Part shown: positions 9,638 through 19,472 of the stretch, piece by piece | Numbering within the stretch: position 1 is the stretch's first letter | How the letters are laid out: every line of letters starts with the position of its first letter | Origin: an uncultured bacterium | GTDB taxonomy: Bacteria; JAHJDO01 | DNA: 64,000 nt | NCBI GenBank assembly: GCA_964437505.1 | Contig: CAYTGU010000007.1 | Coordinates: 10,967-74,966, forward strand | Reading direction: 5' to 3' | Notes under the pieces: generated by a model | What the model was told of the DNA's origin: nothing | The model's database searches: none | What the model saw: only the letters and a program-made list of their open reading frames with translations | Made by a program: the position numbers and the translations under genes

Positions 9638-10657
9638 ATGAAAAAGAGTAATTTAACACCAAGGGAAATAGTCAAACGCTGCATTGAATTTCGAGATCCG
9701 CCGCGGATTGGAATGCATTTCTCTGTAAATCCAATCGAAGGAAAGACCTGGCCTTTCACTGACTTTGCTGGTGTTTCGTTTCAACCGGATCCAGATTTCG
9801 TCCCCATTGCGCAAGACTTCGGGGAGTGGGGATACAAGATGGAAACTCTAGATCCAACCAGCATGGGAGAGGTCAAAGATCCGCCTCTTGGTGAAAGTTG
9901 GAAGCAACTGGAATCGTACAAGTTCCCGGACTTCCGGTCTCCAGTGCGTTATGCGCATTTGCGGGAGGAAGTTGAGAATTTTCACGCTCAGGGGCGCTAC
10001 GTATACGGCAATATCCCATCCTTGATGTTGCTTCCTATAAATCTTCGAGGCATGGAAAACTGGTTTATGGATCATGTTCTAGAGAAAGAGAATCTGTGTC
10101 TGTTGCTGGACCGCATCGTCGAGACGCGTCTGGCAATCATTGCACATTATGCCGATGCGGGAGTAGACGGTGCAATAACCTATGACGATATGGGAACAAA
10201 TGACAGAACGCTGGTCAGTCCGAATATGTTTCGCGAAATATACTTGCCTCGCTATCGCCGTACGAACGATGCTCTGCACGAGCGGAACATGCATCTGCTT
10301 CACCATTGCTGCGGACAAGTTCAGGAATATATGAATATGCTAATCGAGGGCGGATGTGACGTGATTCAGCTTGATCAGCCGTTGCTCATGGGAATTGATT
10401 GGTTGGGTGAGAATTACGGCGGAAAAATATGTTTTTGGAATTGTGTTGATATCCAGAAGACCATACCTCGCAATGATCTGGAGGCCATCGATGACGAGGC
10501 CCACCGGCAAGTTTGGCGACTGGGGAATTACGGTGGAGGCTTTATGGTGAAGGCTTATCAGCAACCAGAAGCCATTAGAATGACAATTGAGCAATCAGAA
10601 GCCCAGTATCGCGCATTTAGAAAATATGGCAATTACCCAATCACATGGGAACAATAG
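9638..10657 (+). CDS. Uroporphyrinogen-decarboxylase (URO-D) family protein (MtaA/CmuA-like methyltransferase superfamily)
   Basis: Full-length URO-D architecture: the N-terminal LTPREIV...PPRIGMHF, then ...AGVDGAITYDDMGTNDRTLVSPNMFREIYLPRY...LLHHCCGQV...GGCDVIQLDQP. The start was moved to the ATG at 9638, which follows a GGAGG RBS; the ORF track uses a TTG at 9626. Confidence 0.75.
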   Translation: MKKSNLTPREIVKRCIEFRDPPRIGMHFSVNPIEGKTWPFTDFAGVSFQPDPDFVPIAQDFGEWGYKMETLDPTSMGEVKDPPLGESWKQLESYKFPDFRSPVRYAHLREEVENFHAQGRYVYGNIPSLMLLPINLRGMENWFMDHVLEKENLCLLLDRIVETRLAIIAHYADAGVDGAITYDDMGTNDRTLVSPNMFREIYLPRYRRTNDALHERNMHLLHHCCGQVQEYMNMLIEGGCDVIQLDQPLLMGIDWLGENYGGKICFWNCVDIQKTIPRNDLEAIDDEAHRQVWRLGNYGGGFMVKAYQQPEAIRMTIEQSEAQYRAFRKYGNYPITWEQ

Positions 10658-10678
10658 TTGAAAGCCAAAATGAATTAG

Positions 10679-10870
10679 AAAGTTTTTTACAAATGTCCTG
10701 ATGTTGGATTGATTTTAGATACAGCACACCTTGCAGCGGTTGATGGCGATCCGGTTGAGATTGTCGAAAAATATCACATGGGTAAAGGTAATATTGGTTT
10801 AGATAATATTGTTATTATGAAAGCGCTTATTCTGAGAGGATTTTTCACTCTGACAAGCCAAATTATATAG
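10679..10870 (+). pseudogene. Remnant (~63 codons, no start codon) of a sugar-phosphate isomerase/epimerase (xylose-isomerase-like TIM-barrel) gene
   Basis: Translation KVFYKCPDVGLILDTAHLAAVDGDPVEIVEKYH... matches the conserved C-terminal region of this family. The frame is bounded by an upstream in-frame stop. Confidence 0.5.
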
Positions 10871-11631
10871 CTATTTAGGGCAAAAACACCCAATAAGACA
10901 TACCCAAGTACCTCTTTAAGGCAAATCTAGCTTAAAAACACCCTTGCAAAGATTAAATTCGAAGCACGAAGCACGAAATATCAAACAATATCAAATTAGA
11001 AAAATACAAATACTCAAAACAATGTTTTGAATTTCGAAAATTTAAATTTAGAATTTGTTTCGAGTTTCGGATTTAGAATTTTGGATTTTTCCAACGGTGA
11101 AATATACAAATAGGCATTAGTCCTTATTTTTTACGTTCTATTCATAATTCCGTTTCAAATTAGTATATTCTTGCTAGAAAAACATAGTGGGAGAGATTTT
11201 AATTATAAGACAACAAGATAGTTCTCAGCATCTAACATATTGAAATTAGGCATGTTATGTATTTTAAGTTAGAATATTACTTTATGTTATTATCTTGCAA
11301 TGCAAACAAAAAGCTTTCTCTTTGAATATTTCTCCATTAGTTTACATAAGATATCTTATGCGACGCTAAATATTGATGTCAAAACAAGTCCTAACATCTT
11401 GCGTACAAAGAAGTTAGCTAATATTTACAAACTTGCGAAGGAAATATTGCAAAGCTTTTTTTGCGCATAACTTCTTTAACGTCAAGAAGTTATGGAAATT
11501 TAACGGCATTATCTAGCTGATATAACAGATGTTTTCTTGTAGCTTAAGTACTTTTCTAAAGTTTGAACTAAAAGTGGAATTTTCGTGGCAATTCGAGGTT
11601 TTTCGCAATATTGGAATGGTAAGAGTAAGTA

Positions 11632-14600
11632 TTATAAACTCAGCCTAACTGCCTCTTGCCCAATAAGTTGTCGCAATTTAATAAGCAAGCCCTTTTGAGG
11701 AGATATATGGATCTTTGGATCAGCCAACATAGTTACCTCTCCGGATTGAGGTATCACCACATGTAAATAAATAGTAGCCTTTCCTGGGTATTGAGTTAAT
11801 AAATCCTTTAATTTTTGAAGTATTTGTTTGTCGAGACCTGTACTTATAAGCGTAATATGTATAGCCTTTGTCAGCTTTTCCTCTGCTTCTGAAAGAGGGA
11901 TGATATCCGATACAATTAGTTTTGGCTGGTCATCTCTGAGATCAAGCCTTCCTTTTATAAGTAATAATTTATCTATTTCAATAAAATTATCAAATTTCTT
12001 AAACACAGCAGGATAAACCAGAACACTTGTCGTTCCCTGCATATCTTCCAAGGTAAACGCACACATACGCTTCTTATCCTTTTTGGTAAGAATTCTTTTT
12101 ATTGTATTTATTATGCCTCCTATATAAATCTCATCACCATCCTGATGCTCAGACCCAAGCGTATTTGATGCTGTTGTAAAGGATTTAAGAGTATCTTCAT
12201 ATCTTGCTAACGGATGGCCGGTAATATAGAAACCCAAAACTTCTTTTTCAGCGGCAAGGAGCTTACTTTCCGACCATTCTTCTATCTCTGCAAATTTATG
12301 AGCATCCTCACGAAATTCTTTTTGTGATTCAAACACATCAAAAAAGACAGTTTGTCCTCTTTGGGTATCTTTTTGTATCTGTTGCCCGAGCTCAATTGCA
12401 TGGTCTAAAGTATGCATAAGTTGAGCTCTGGGTCTGCCAAAATTAAGTGTACCAGCCTTTATTAAACTTTCTATTACCCTTCTATTTACTGTGCGCAAAT
12501 CAATATGCTCACAAAAGTCATATAGAGATTTAAAATGGCCGTGCGTCTGTCTTGCTTTAATAATAGAATTGATAGCTATCTCACCAACATTTTTTATTGC
12601 TGCTAAACCAAAACGAATATTCTTTTTTTCTATTGTGAATTTAGCGTAACTTTTATTAATATCAGGCTGTAATACATCAATGTTCATATTTTTGCATTCA
12701 TTTATATACAATACTATCTTATCTGTGTTTCGTAATTCACTGTTCAGAAGAGCTATCATGAAGGCAACCGGATAATTCGCTTTAAAATATGCTGTTTGAA
12801 AAGAAATCATTGCATATGCGGCACTATGAGACTTGTTAAATCCATACCCTGCAAAATATGCTATTAGATCGAAAATTTTGGACGCAATTGGTTCTTTTAC
12901 CCCTTTTTTAATAGATCCTGAGATAAACGCATTTCTTTGTTTATCATCCATTATCCCCTTTTTGCCCATAATCCTGCGCAGTGTATCCGCTTCACTCATA
13001 GAAAAACCTGCAAATTCATTTGCTATTTTTATTACCTGTTCCTGATAAAGTATAACTCCATACGTCTCCTTTAATATGGGTTCCAAAATGGGATGATCGT
13101 ATTTTATGGGACTTTTACTATGTCTTCTTTTTACAAAAGTGTCTAACGCGCCCCCTTGCATAGGTCCGGGTCTAAATAAAGAAACAAGAGGAATCAGGTC
13201 ATTAAAAGATTCAGGTCTTAGCTTTCTTGAAAGGTCACGCATTCCAGGACTTTCCAACTGGAACACACCTATAGTTTTCCCTTTAGAAATCAGCGACGAA
13301 AAAGTTTTCTTATCATCTAAGGGCAATTTGTCAATTTCAATTTTTTTGTCATAATATTGTTCTATAAGAGCAACTGTGTTTTGAATAACAGTCAATGTCT
13401 TAAGTCCAAGAAAATCTATTTTCAGCAGCCCTATTTTTTCTAGCGAGTTCATGCCGTATTGAGTACTTATATCTGCTTTATTACTCTTGAACAATGGTGT
13501 AAAATTAGTAAGAGAGCCTTCTGAAATAACAACTCCTGCAGCATGAGTTGAGACGTGTCTTGCCAGCCCTTCCAGAGACTTAGCAATATCCATTAATGTT
13601 TTCACCTGTTCATTTTTCTCTATTAAATCTGAAAGATCTTTTTGTGTTTCTATAGCGTTCTTTAACGAAATATTAGGTCCTAGAGGGATCATTTTCGCTA
13701 TTTTATCCACCTCTGCATAAGGCATATTTAAAACTCTGCCAACATCTCTTATAACTGCTTTAGCTGCCATTGTTCCAAACGTTGCAATCTGTGCTACATT
13801 CTCTCTTCCATATTTTCCCACAACATAATCTATTACTTCTCCGCGTTTTTCATAACAAAAATCTATGTCTATATCAGGAAGACTTACACGATCCGGGTTT
13901 AGAAATCGCTCAAATATCAGATCATATTTAAGAGGGTCAATATTTGTAATGTCCAGACAATATGCAACCAGACTTCCTGCCGATGAACCCCTGCCCGGAC
14001 CAACTGCTATACCCTTACCTTTAGCATAGCGTATAAAATCCCATACAATAAGAAAATAACTTGCATAATTCATTTTTTTTATAACACTCAGCTCATATTC
14101 AAGTCTGTCAGTTATTTCTTTAGTAACGTCTCCAAATCGTTTTTTACAACCTTCTTTCGTCAATCTCTCAAGGTAGCTGTTAGGATTGCTTTCTTCCTTT
14201 GGGACATTAAAATGAGGAAGATATTTCTTTGAAAAATCTAGTTCTAAATTACATTTTTCTGCAATTTCAATTGTATTAAGAATCGCTTCAGGTATCTCAC
14301 TAAACAGTTTTTTCATTTCTTCGGCAGATTTAAAATAGAATTCCTCTACTGAGAAACGCATACGTTTGGGATCATCCATCGTTGTACCTGTTTGAATGCA
14401 CAATAATGCCTCATGTGAAAGAGCATCATGTTTTCTCATATAATGGCAATCATTTGCCGCCACTGTTGGAATATTTAGTGCTTTACCGAATGATATAAGT
14501 TCTTTATTAATCTTTGACTGTCCTTCAATACCGTGGTTATGTAATTCTAGATAAAAATTGCCTTTCCCAAATATATCCTGATATTCAGAAATAAGTTTTT

Positions 14601-15075
14601 CTGCGTCATCCAATTGGTCACTGAGTATGAAATGAGGAATTTCTCCCTTCATGCAACCGCTGAGAGCAATTATGCCTTTTGAATGCTCTGATAAAACTTG
14701 TTTATCAATACGCGGCCTGTAATAAAATCCTTCAAGATAGGCAATCGTTGCGAGTTTTATAAGGTTCTTATATCCGTCTTCATTAGCAGCAAGAAGCGTA
14801 AGATGGAAGGCAGCTTCTTTTATTCCATGCAATGCCCTTTCTTTCCTGTTTCCAGGGGCAACATATGCCTCATACCCAATAATCGGTTTAATCCCCTGTT
14901 TCATTGCCTTGCTATAAAACTCTATGGCTCCAAACATATTTCCATGATCAGTAATAGCTAAAGCCGGCATTTTGAACTCATGAGCAAGGGATATAATGTC
15001 ATCCAGTCGGCATGCTCCATCAAGCAAGCTGTATTGAGTATGGTTATGAAGATGGACAAAATTTGAATGTTTCAT
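11632..15075 (-). CDS. dnaE: DNA polymerase III alpha subunit DnaE
   Basis: About 1150 aa. The PHP domain motif FVHLHNHTQYSLLDGA sits at the N-terminus, followed by polymerase core and OB-fold regions. The ORF track extends to 15117 (MSHHC...); the conserved N-terminus suggests a start at 15075 (MKHSNFVHLH). Confidence 0.95.
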   Translation of the reverse strand: MKHSNFVHLHNHTQYSLLDGACRLDDIISLAHEFKMPALAITDHGNMFGAIEFYSKAMKQGIKPIIGYEAYVAPGNRKERALHGIKEAAFHLTLLAANEDGYKNLIKLATIAYLEGFYYRPRIDKQVLSEHSKGIIALSGCMKGEIPHFILSDQLDDAEKLISEYQDIFGKGNFYLELHNHGIEGQSKINKELISFGKALNIPTVAANDCHYMRKHDALSHEALLCIQTGTTMDDPKRMRFSVEEFYFKSAEEMKKLFSEIPEAILNTIEIAEKCNLELDFSKKYLPHFNVPKEESNPNSYLERLTKEGCKKRFGDVTKEITDRLEYELSVIKKMNYASYFLIVWDFIRYAKGKGIAVGPGRGSSAGSLVAYCLDITNIDPLKYDLIFERFLNPDRVSLPDIDIDFCYEKRGEVIDYVVGKYGRENVAQIATFGTMAAKAVIRDVGRVLNMPYAEVDKIAKMIPLGPNISLKNAIETQKDLSDLIEKNEQVKTLMDIAKSLEGLARHVSTHAAGVVISEGSLTNFTPLFKSNKADISTQYGMNSLEKIGLLKIDFLGLKTLTVIQNTVALIEQYYDKKIEIDKLPLDDKKTFSSLISKGKTIGVFQLESPGMRDLSRKLRPESFNDLIPLVSLFRPGPMQGGALDTFVKRRHSKSPIKYDHPILEPILKETYGVILYQEQVIKIANEFAGFSMSEADTLRRIMGKKGIMDDKQRNAFISGSIKKGVKEPIASKIFDLIAYFAGYGFNKSHSAAYAMISFQTAYFKANYPVAFMIALLNSELRNTDKIVLYINECKNMNIDVLQPDINKSYAKFTIEKKNIRFGLAAIKNVGEIAINSIIKARQTHGHFKSLYDFCEHIDLRTVNRRVIESLIKAGTLNFGRPRAQLMHTLDHAIELGQQIQKDTQRGQTVFFDVFESQKEFREDAHKFAEIEEWSESKLLAAEKEVLGFYITGHPLARYEDTLKSFTTASNTLGSEHQDGDEIYIGGIINTIKRILTKKDKKRMCAFTLEDMQGTTSVLVYPAVFKKFDNFIEIDKLLLIKGRLDLRDDQPKLIVSDIIPLSEAEEKLTKAIHITLISTGLDKQILQKLKDLLTQYPGKATIYLHVVIPQSGEVTMLADPKIHISPQKGLLIKLRQLIGQEAVRLSL

Positions 15076-15092
15076 ACTTAATCCTATTTCGT

Positions 15093-15875
15093 TTAATAAT
15101 GTACAGTGATGAGACACAATCCATACGCAGGAACTGTTTCTCCTGCAAGGTTTCTATCTCTACCCACAAGTATCTTCTTAAGATTTTGTGGTTCAATACG
15201 ACCTCTTCCTACATCAAGCAATGTTCCCACAATAATTCTAACCATGTTATATAAAAATGCATTCGCTGCAATCTCAAAAATAACTGCTTTTTTTCTCAAT
15301 TTTAGAAAGTTTGACACACTGAAATCATTTCTGCTAATGGAAATTTTCTCTATTGTACGCACAGGATTTTCGTTATCTGTTTTTTTGCACTGGAATGAAC
15401 TAAAATCGTGTTTTCCAATTAGATACTCTGCTCCTTCACACATCTTAGGCAAATTCAACTTATACCGGTAACTATAGAAACCTGTTTTCCCGAAAACATG
15501 TTTATTACGGTCATTGCATACAACATAGCGGTAAACCCTCTCCCTAGCATCAAACCTCGGATGAAAGTCCAAAGAAACAGGTTCTACGTCCATTACAGCG
15601 ATATCCTGAGGCAGGACACTATTCAAAGCAGCCTTAATTTGAGAAACCTGCATGTTTTTTAACGCTGCAGCAGGTAGTTTAAAACTTGCTACTTGACCAA
15701 TAGCATGAACGCCAGTATCTGTTCTCCCCTGCCCTATTACTTTTACTTTCCTTTTAAATAGCTTCTCAAGGCTATTTTCCATAACTGATTGGATCGTAAT
15801 CCCATTCGGTTGAATCTGCCAGCCGTGATAATTAGTTCCGTCATAGGCAAACGTAATTTTTATATTTTTCATCAC
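15093..15875 (-). CDS. truA: tRNA pseudouridine(38-40) synthase TruA
   Basis: The N-terminus KITFAYDGTNYHGWQIQPNG and the catalytic-Asp region RTDTGVHAIGQV are typical of TruA. Confidence 0.9.
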   Translation of the reverse strand: MMKNIKITFAYDGTNYHGWQIQPNGITIQSVMENSLEKLFKRKVKVIGQGRTDTGVHAIGQVASFKLPAAALKNMQVSQIKAALNSVLPQDIAVMDVEPVSLDFHPRFDARERVYRYVVCNDRNKHVFGKTGFYSYRYKLNLPKMCEGAEYLIGKHDFSSFQCKKTDNENPVRTIEKISISRNDFSVSNFLKLRKKAVIFEIAANAFLYNMVRIIVGTLLDVGRGRIEPQNLKKILVGRDRNLAGETVPAYGLCLITVHY

Positions 15876-15895
15876 CTATTAGTCTACAATAGTTC

Positions 15896-15924
15896 TTGAC
15901 ATTTAAAAAGGGTATATTTAGTAT
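15896..15924 (+). promoter_or_regulatory. Candidate sigma70-like promoter (TTGACA, 17 bp spacer, TAGTAT) abutting the DUF4404 ORF
   Basis: ttgaca at 15896-15901, a 17-nt spacer, then tagtat at 15919-15924. The annotated ATG is at 15925, which implies a leaderless or near-leaderless transcript, possibly using the ATG at 15934. Confidence 0.25.
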
Positions 15925-16266
15925 ATGGACATAATGATTAAACGAACTCTTTCAGAGATTAAAGACAGGATTCAGAAAGCTAGTTCCATCAAAGAGGAAA
16001 AGAAATCAGAGTTGCTTGACCTGCTTTCAACTCTAAAATTCGAAGTTGAGGAGCTTTCTAAGACTCAGGCTGATCACGCAAAAAGCATTACAGGTTTTAC
16101 TGACATCTCAACTCATGAAGCAACACGGGAAAACAAAAACCCGGAACTTTTAAAAGTCTCCATAGAGGGCTTGTCTTCATCAGTTAAGGGATTTGAAACG
16201 TCACATCCAAAACTGGCAGAGATTGTAAATTCCATATGCCTTACGCTATCAAATCTCGGCATATAG
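15925..16266 (+). CDS. DUF4404-family small coiled-coil protein
   Basis: About 110 aa. The C-terminal motif HPKLAEIVNSICLTLSNLGI, as I recall it, is characteristic of DUF4404. Confidence 0.55.
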   Translation: MDIMIKRTLSEIKDRIQKASSIKEEKKSELLDLLSTLKFEVEELSKTQADHAKSITGFTDISTHEATRENKNPELLKVSIEGLSSSVKGFETSHPKLAEIVNSICLTLSNLGI

Positions 16267-16269
16267 GAT

Positions 16270-17286
16270 TTACCTGATCAATTCCTTTGCAATCTGAACT
16301 GCATTAAGAGCTGCGCCTTTACGGATGTTGTCTGAAACTACCCACATATTGATTCCATTTTTCTTAAAAGGATCCTTTCGGATTCTGCCTACATATGTAT
16401 CATCTCTGCCTTCTGCAAAGATAGGCATTGGGTACTGCGGTGGGTCGGCGTTTATATCATCAATAACAGATATCCCCTGAGCATCACGCAGAACATCGTT
16501 AATTTCTTTAATAGAAACTTCTCTTTCTGTCTCAATATATATAGATTCTGAATGAGCATAAAAAACCGGTACTCGCACTGTAGTCGCAGTAATCTCTATT
16601 GTATCATCGTGTAAAATCTTATGTGTTTCTTTAACCATCTTCCATTCTTCCGTTGTATATCCCAATTCTCCAAAAGAACCTATATGCGGAATTGCATTAA
16701 ACGCTATTTGATAAGGATAAGCTTCAAAACCTGTTGTTTCCTTGCCATCAGCATAATCCTGAACTTGTTTCTTCAACTCCTCTATTGCAGCTCTTCCTGT
16801 TCCGGAAACTGATTGATATGTAGAGACAATAATTCTTCTTATCTTTGCCAATTTATGAATTGGGGCAAGCGCGACCACCATTTGAATAGTAGAACAGTTT
16901 GGATTGGCAATGATATTCTTATGGTTTTTTATATCTTCGGGGTTGACCTCCGGAATAACAAGCGGCACATCAGGATCCATCCTAAAATCATTTCCATTGT
17001 CAATTACAACAACTCCTTTACTGGCTGCGACTTTCCCAAACGTTACAGCAGCGCCTTTTTCCCCCTCTGTGCCGGCAAATAAAGCTATATCCATTCCATT
17101 AAACAATTCTTCGGATATTGCTTTCACACTATATGTGTTACCGTCTACAGTAATATCTCTTTCGCTTCTGGCAAGCACAACAAGTTTATCAATAGGAAAC
17201 TTACGCTGATGCAACACTCTGAGCATTTCTATACCAACTGTGCCAACTCCTACAACAACTACATTGTATTTTTCTTTTTTTATCAT
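16270..17286 (-). CDS. asd: Aspartate-semialdehyde dehydrogenase
   Basis: Rossmann N-terminus VVVVGVGTVG and the active-site motif NPNCSTIQMVVAL. Confidence 0.9.
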   Translation of the reverse strand: MIKKEKYNVVVVGVGTVGIEMLRVLHQRKFPIDKLVVLARSERDITVDGNTYSVKAISEELFNGMDIALFAGTEGEKGAAVTFGKVAASKGVVVIDNGNDFRMDPDVPLVIPEVNPEDIKNHKNIIANPNCSTIQMVVALAPIHKLAKIRRIIVSTYQSVSGTGRAAIEELKKQVQDYADGKETTGFEAYPYQIAFNAIPHIGSFGELGYTTEEWKMVKETHKILHDDTIEITATTVRVPVFYAHSESIYIETEREVSIKEINDVLRDAQGISVIDDINADPPQYPMPIFAEGRDDTYVGRIRKDPFKKNGINMWVVSDNIRKGAALNAVQIAKELIR

Positions 17287-17288
17287 AA

Positions 17289-18347
17289 CTATACAACTTC
17301 CTTTGCTACCATATCTCCTATTTCTGAGGTTGTATGTCCCATCTTACCTGCAGAAAGGCTTTTCATATCATTCTGAACAATCTTTATCACAGCTTTTTCA
17401 ATATCATCTGCCGCTTTACTTTCTCCGAGATGTTCAAGCATCATGCCTCCTGCGCATATAGCAGCCATTGGATTTATCACGTTTTTGCCTGTATATTTTG
17501 GAGCTGAACCTCCTATGGGTTCAAACATGGACGTTCCGTCTTTATCAGGATTAATGTTTCCGCCTGCTGCGATACCCATGCCTCCCTGTATCATTGCTCC
17601 GAGATCAGTTATTATATCTCCAAACATGTTATCTGTTACAATAACATCAAACCACTCAGGATTTTTTACCATCCACATACAGGTAGCATCAACATGAGCA
17701 TAATTAGTTTTAATATCAGGATACTCTTTTCCAACTTCATAGAATGCTCTTTCCCAAAGATCAAACGCAAAGGTTAAAACGTTTGTTTTGCCGCACAGAG
17801 TAAGTTCTTTCTTCTTGCCTTTTTTACGGCAATATTCAAAAGCATATCTGATACATCTTTCCACTCCTTTACGGGTATTTATCGATTCCTGTATGGCGAC
17901 TTCGTCAGCAGTCCCTTTCTTTAAAGTCCCGCCTGCACCAACATAAAGTCCTTCCGTATTCTCCCTCACTACGGTAAAGTCAATGTCCTTAGGTCCCTTA
18001 TCCTTTAAAGGAGTATCGACTCCCGGATAGAGCTTAACCGGTCTCAGGTTTATATACTGATCAAGAGCAAACCTGAGCTTTAGAAGCAGTCCTTTTTCCA
18101 GAATTCCGGGTTTTACATCAGGATGACCTACCGCGCCAAGATATATGGCATCTAGTTTTCTGAATTCTTCTATAGCAGAATCAGGCAGGACTTCGCCTGT
18201 CTTCATATATCTTTCGCCTCCAAAATCATAGTATGTAAACTCAAACTTTATATTGTGCTTACCCGAAATCGCATCAAGCACTTTCATGCCTTCTTTTATA
18301 ACTTCAGGACCTGTTCCGTCTCCACCCATCACACCTATTTTATACAT
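17289..18347 (-). CDS. leuB: 3-isopropylmalate dehydrogenase (isocitrate/isopropylmalate DH family)
   Basis: [15 protein letters not shown]-terminus and [18 protein letters not shown]-terminal motif. leuC and leuD lie in the same window. Confidence 0.75.
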   Translation of the reverse strand: MYKIGVMGGDGTGPEVIKEGMKVLDAISGKHNIKFEFTYYDFGGERYMKTGEVLPDSAIEEFRKLDAIYLGAVGHPDVKPGILEKGLLLKLRFALDQYINLRPVKLYPGVDTPLKDKGPKDIDFTVVRENTEGLYVGAGGTLKKGTADEVAIQESINTRKGVERCIRYAFEYCRKKGKKKELTLCGKTNVLTFAFDLWERAFYEVGKEYPDIKTNYAHVDATCMWMVKNPEWFDVIVTDNMFGDIITDLGAMIQGGMGIAAGGNINPDKDGTSMFEPIGGSAPKYTGKNVINPMAAICAGGMMLEHLGESKAADDIEKAVIKIVQNDMKSLSAGKMGHTTSEIGDMVAKEVV

Positions 18348-18365
18348 CGCAACTCCTATGTTATT

Positions 18366-19472
18366 TTAAATGTTAAAATTCAATCCTTCTTCTATCATAA
18401 TTAAATAATTTTCCGATGAAACATAATTTGCCACCGAATTACCAGAACCAAGTGCATAACCTCCTTTTGGAACACACTCTTGTAAAACATTTCGAATATA
18501 TGCTCTTAATTTATCTTTAGGAAAACGACACAAAACATCTACATCAATCCCTCCTAATACTGCGATCCTACTTCCGTATTTTTTGTGAAATTTTGTTACC
18601 GGTATAATTGTATCTTCAAAGGAATGCTTGGCATCTATCTTTACATCTTCAATTAGATCTTCCATAATGTCTTCTACATTACCACAAGCATGTAAGAGAT
18701 ACAGAAGATTGTTCTCATGTGCAAGTGAAGCAATTTTCTTGTGCCATGGAAGTACATACTTTCTTAAAAAGTCTGGTGACATAAGAGTTGAAGTCTTAAA
18801 ACCCATATCATCTCCTTGAAAAAATCCATAAAGGTTTGGTAATCCAATTATTTTTTTATAAAATCCATAAATCAATTCCCCCGTCTTTTGAAAAACAGCT
18901 TCAATGAGATCTGGCTGATCATATATCCCATAAGCTAGAGTTTCATATCCAAGCAGCGTATTCAAGGGAACTTCCAGTATCCCACTACTTGGGCAGACAA
19001 ACAATCCCATTCCCTCTGGCAGATTTTGACTAGCAAATTCATATCTCCATAAGTCTACATTATCCAAAGACGGCCAGGGATATTTCTCGAATTCGTCCCA
19101 ACTCGTAATAACTCCTTTACCTTCCTCTGACCAACTCCGTTGCCCTTTAGAAAGAGAACTAGTATCACTTGCTATACGCTTTTTCCCTAGAAAATCCAAT
19201 CCTCCTGACAAACGAACATAATCATATCCAAAACGATACCAGAACCCAATTATCGATTTAATATTTCCTCTTTCTGAATTCATATCACCAGAAACAGCAT
19301 CGATCCATTTCACTCCTGCTTTTTGTTTCATAAGATATTTCATTATAGCTTCATCAATAATGAGTTCAACTAACGGCGGACGGCTAGGAATTATCTCTCT
19401 CTTTATAGTCTTGCAAAAAGTCTCAATGTTTGGCTTTGGTACTTCTAATGGCACCTTTTTTCTGTTCTTCAT
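18366..19472 (-). CDS. Uroporphyrinogen-decarboxylase (URO-D) family protein, second paralog
   Basis: ...LLHACGNVEDIMEDLIEDVKIDAKHSFED...KYGSRIAVLGGIDVDVL...GNSVANYV matches the URO-D/MtaA fold. Its composition is host-like, with low G+C. Confidence 0.7.
   Translation of the reverse strand: MKNRKKVPLEVPKPNIETFCKTIKREIIPSRPPLVELIIDEAIMKYLMKQKAGVKWIDAVSGDMNSERGNIKSIIGFWYRFGYDYVRLSGGLDFLGKKRIASDTSSLSKGQRSWSEEGKGVITSWDEFEKYPWPSLDNVDLWRYEFASQNLPEGMGLFVCPSSGILEVPLNTLLGYETLAYGIYDQPDLIEAVFQKTGELIYGFYKKIIGLPNLYGFFQGDDMGFKTSTLMSPDFLRKYVLPWHKKIASLAHENNLLYLLHACGNVEDIMEDLIEDVKIDAKHSFEDTIIPVTKFHKKYGSRIAVLGGIDVDVLCRFPKDKLRAYIRNVLQECVPKGGYALGSGNSVANYVSSENYLIMIEEGLNFNI

Noticed and set aside
10871-11631. Possible tRNA or CRISPR array in the 760-bp spacer
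   Set aside because: There is no GTTCGA-type T-loop with a matching acceptor stem. The short repeats (7-11 bp) are irregular and do not form a repeat-spacer array. No CRISPR-like periodicity was seen anywhere in the window.
11828-15254. Several 60-90-aa ORFs antisense to or overlapping dnaE (e.g. 11828-12016, 12833-13045, 13106-13354, 14698-14961, 15012-15254)
   Set aside because: They lie fully inside the strongly supported dnaE reading frame on the opposite strand. Their compositions are low-complexity, and they have no RBS or homology signal. They are typical AT-rich antisense ORF noise.
16621-17209. Three plus-strand ORFs (63-101 aa) inside asd
   Set aside because: They are antisense to asd, whose identity is unambiguous (NPNCSTIQ motif).
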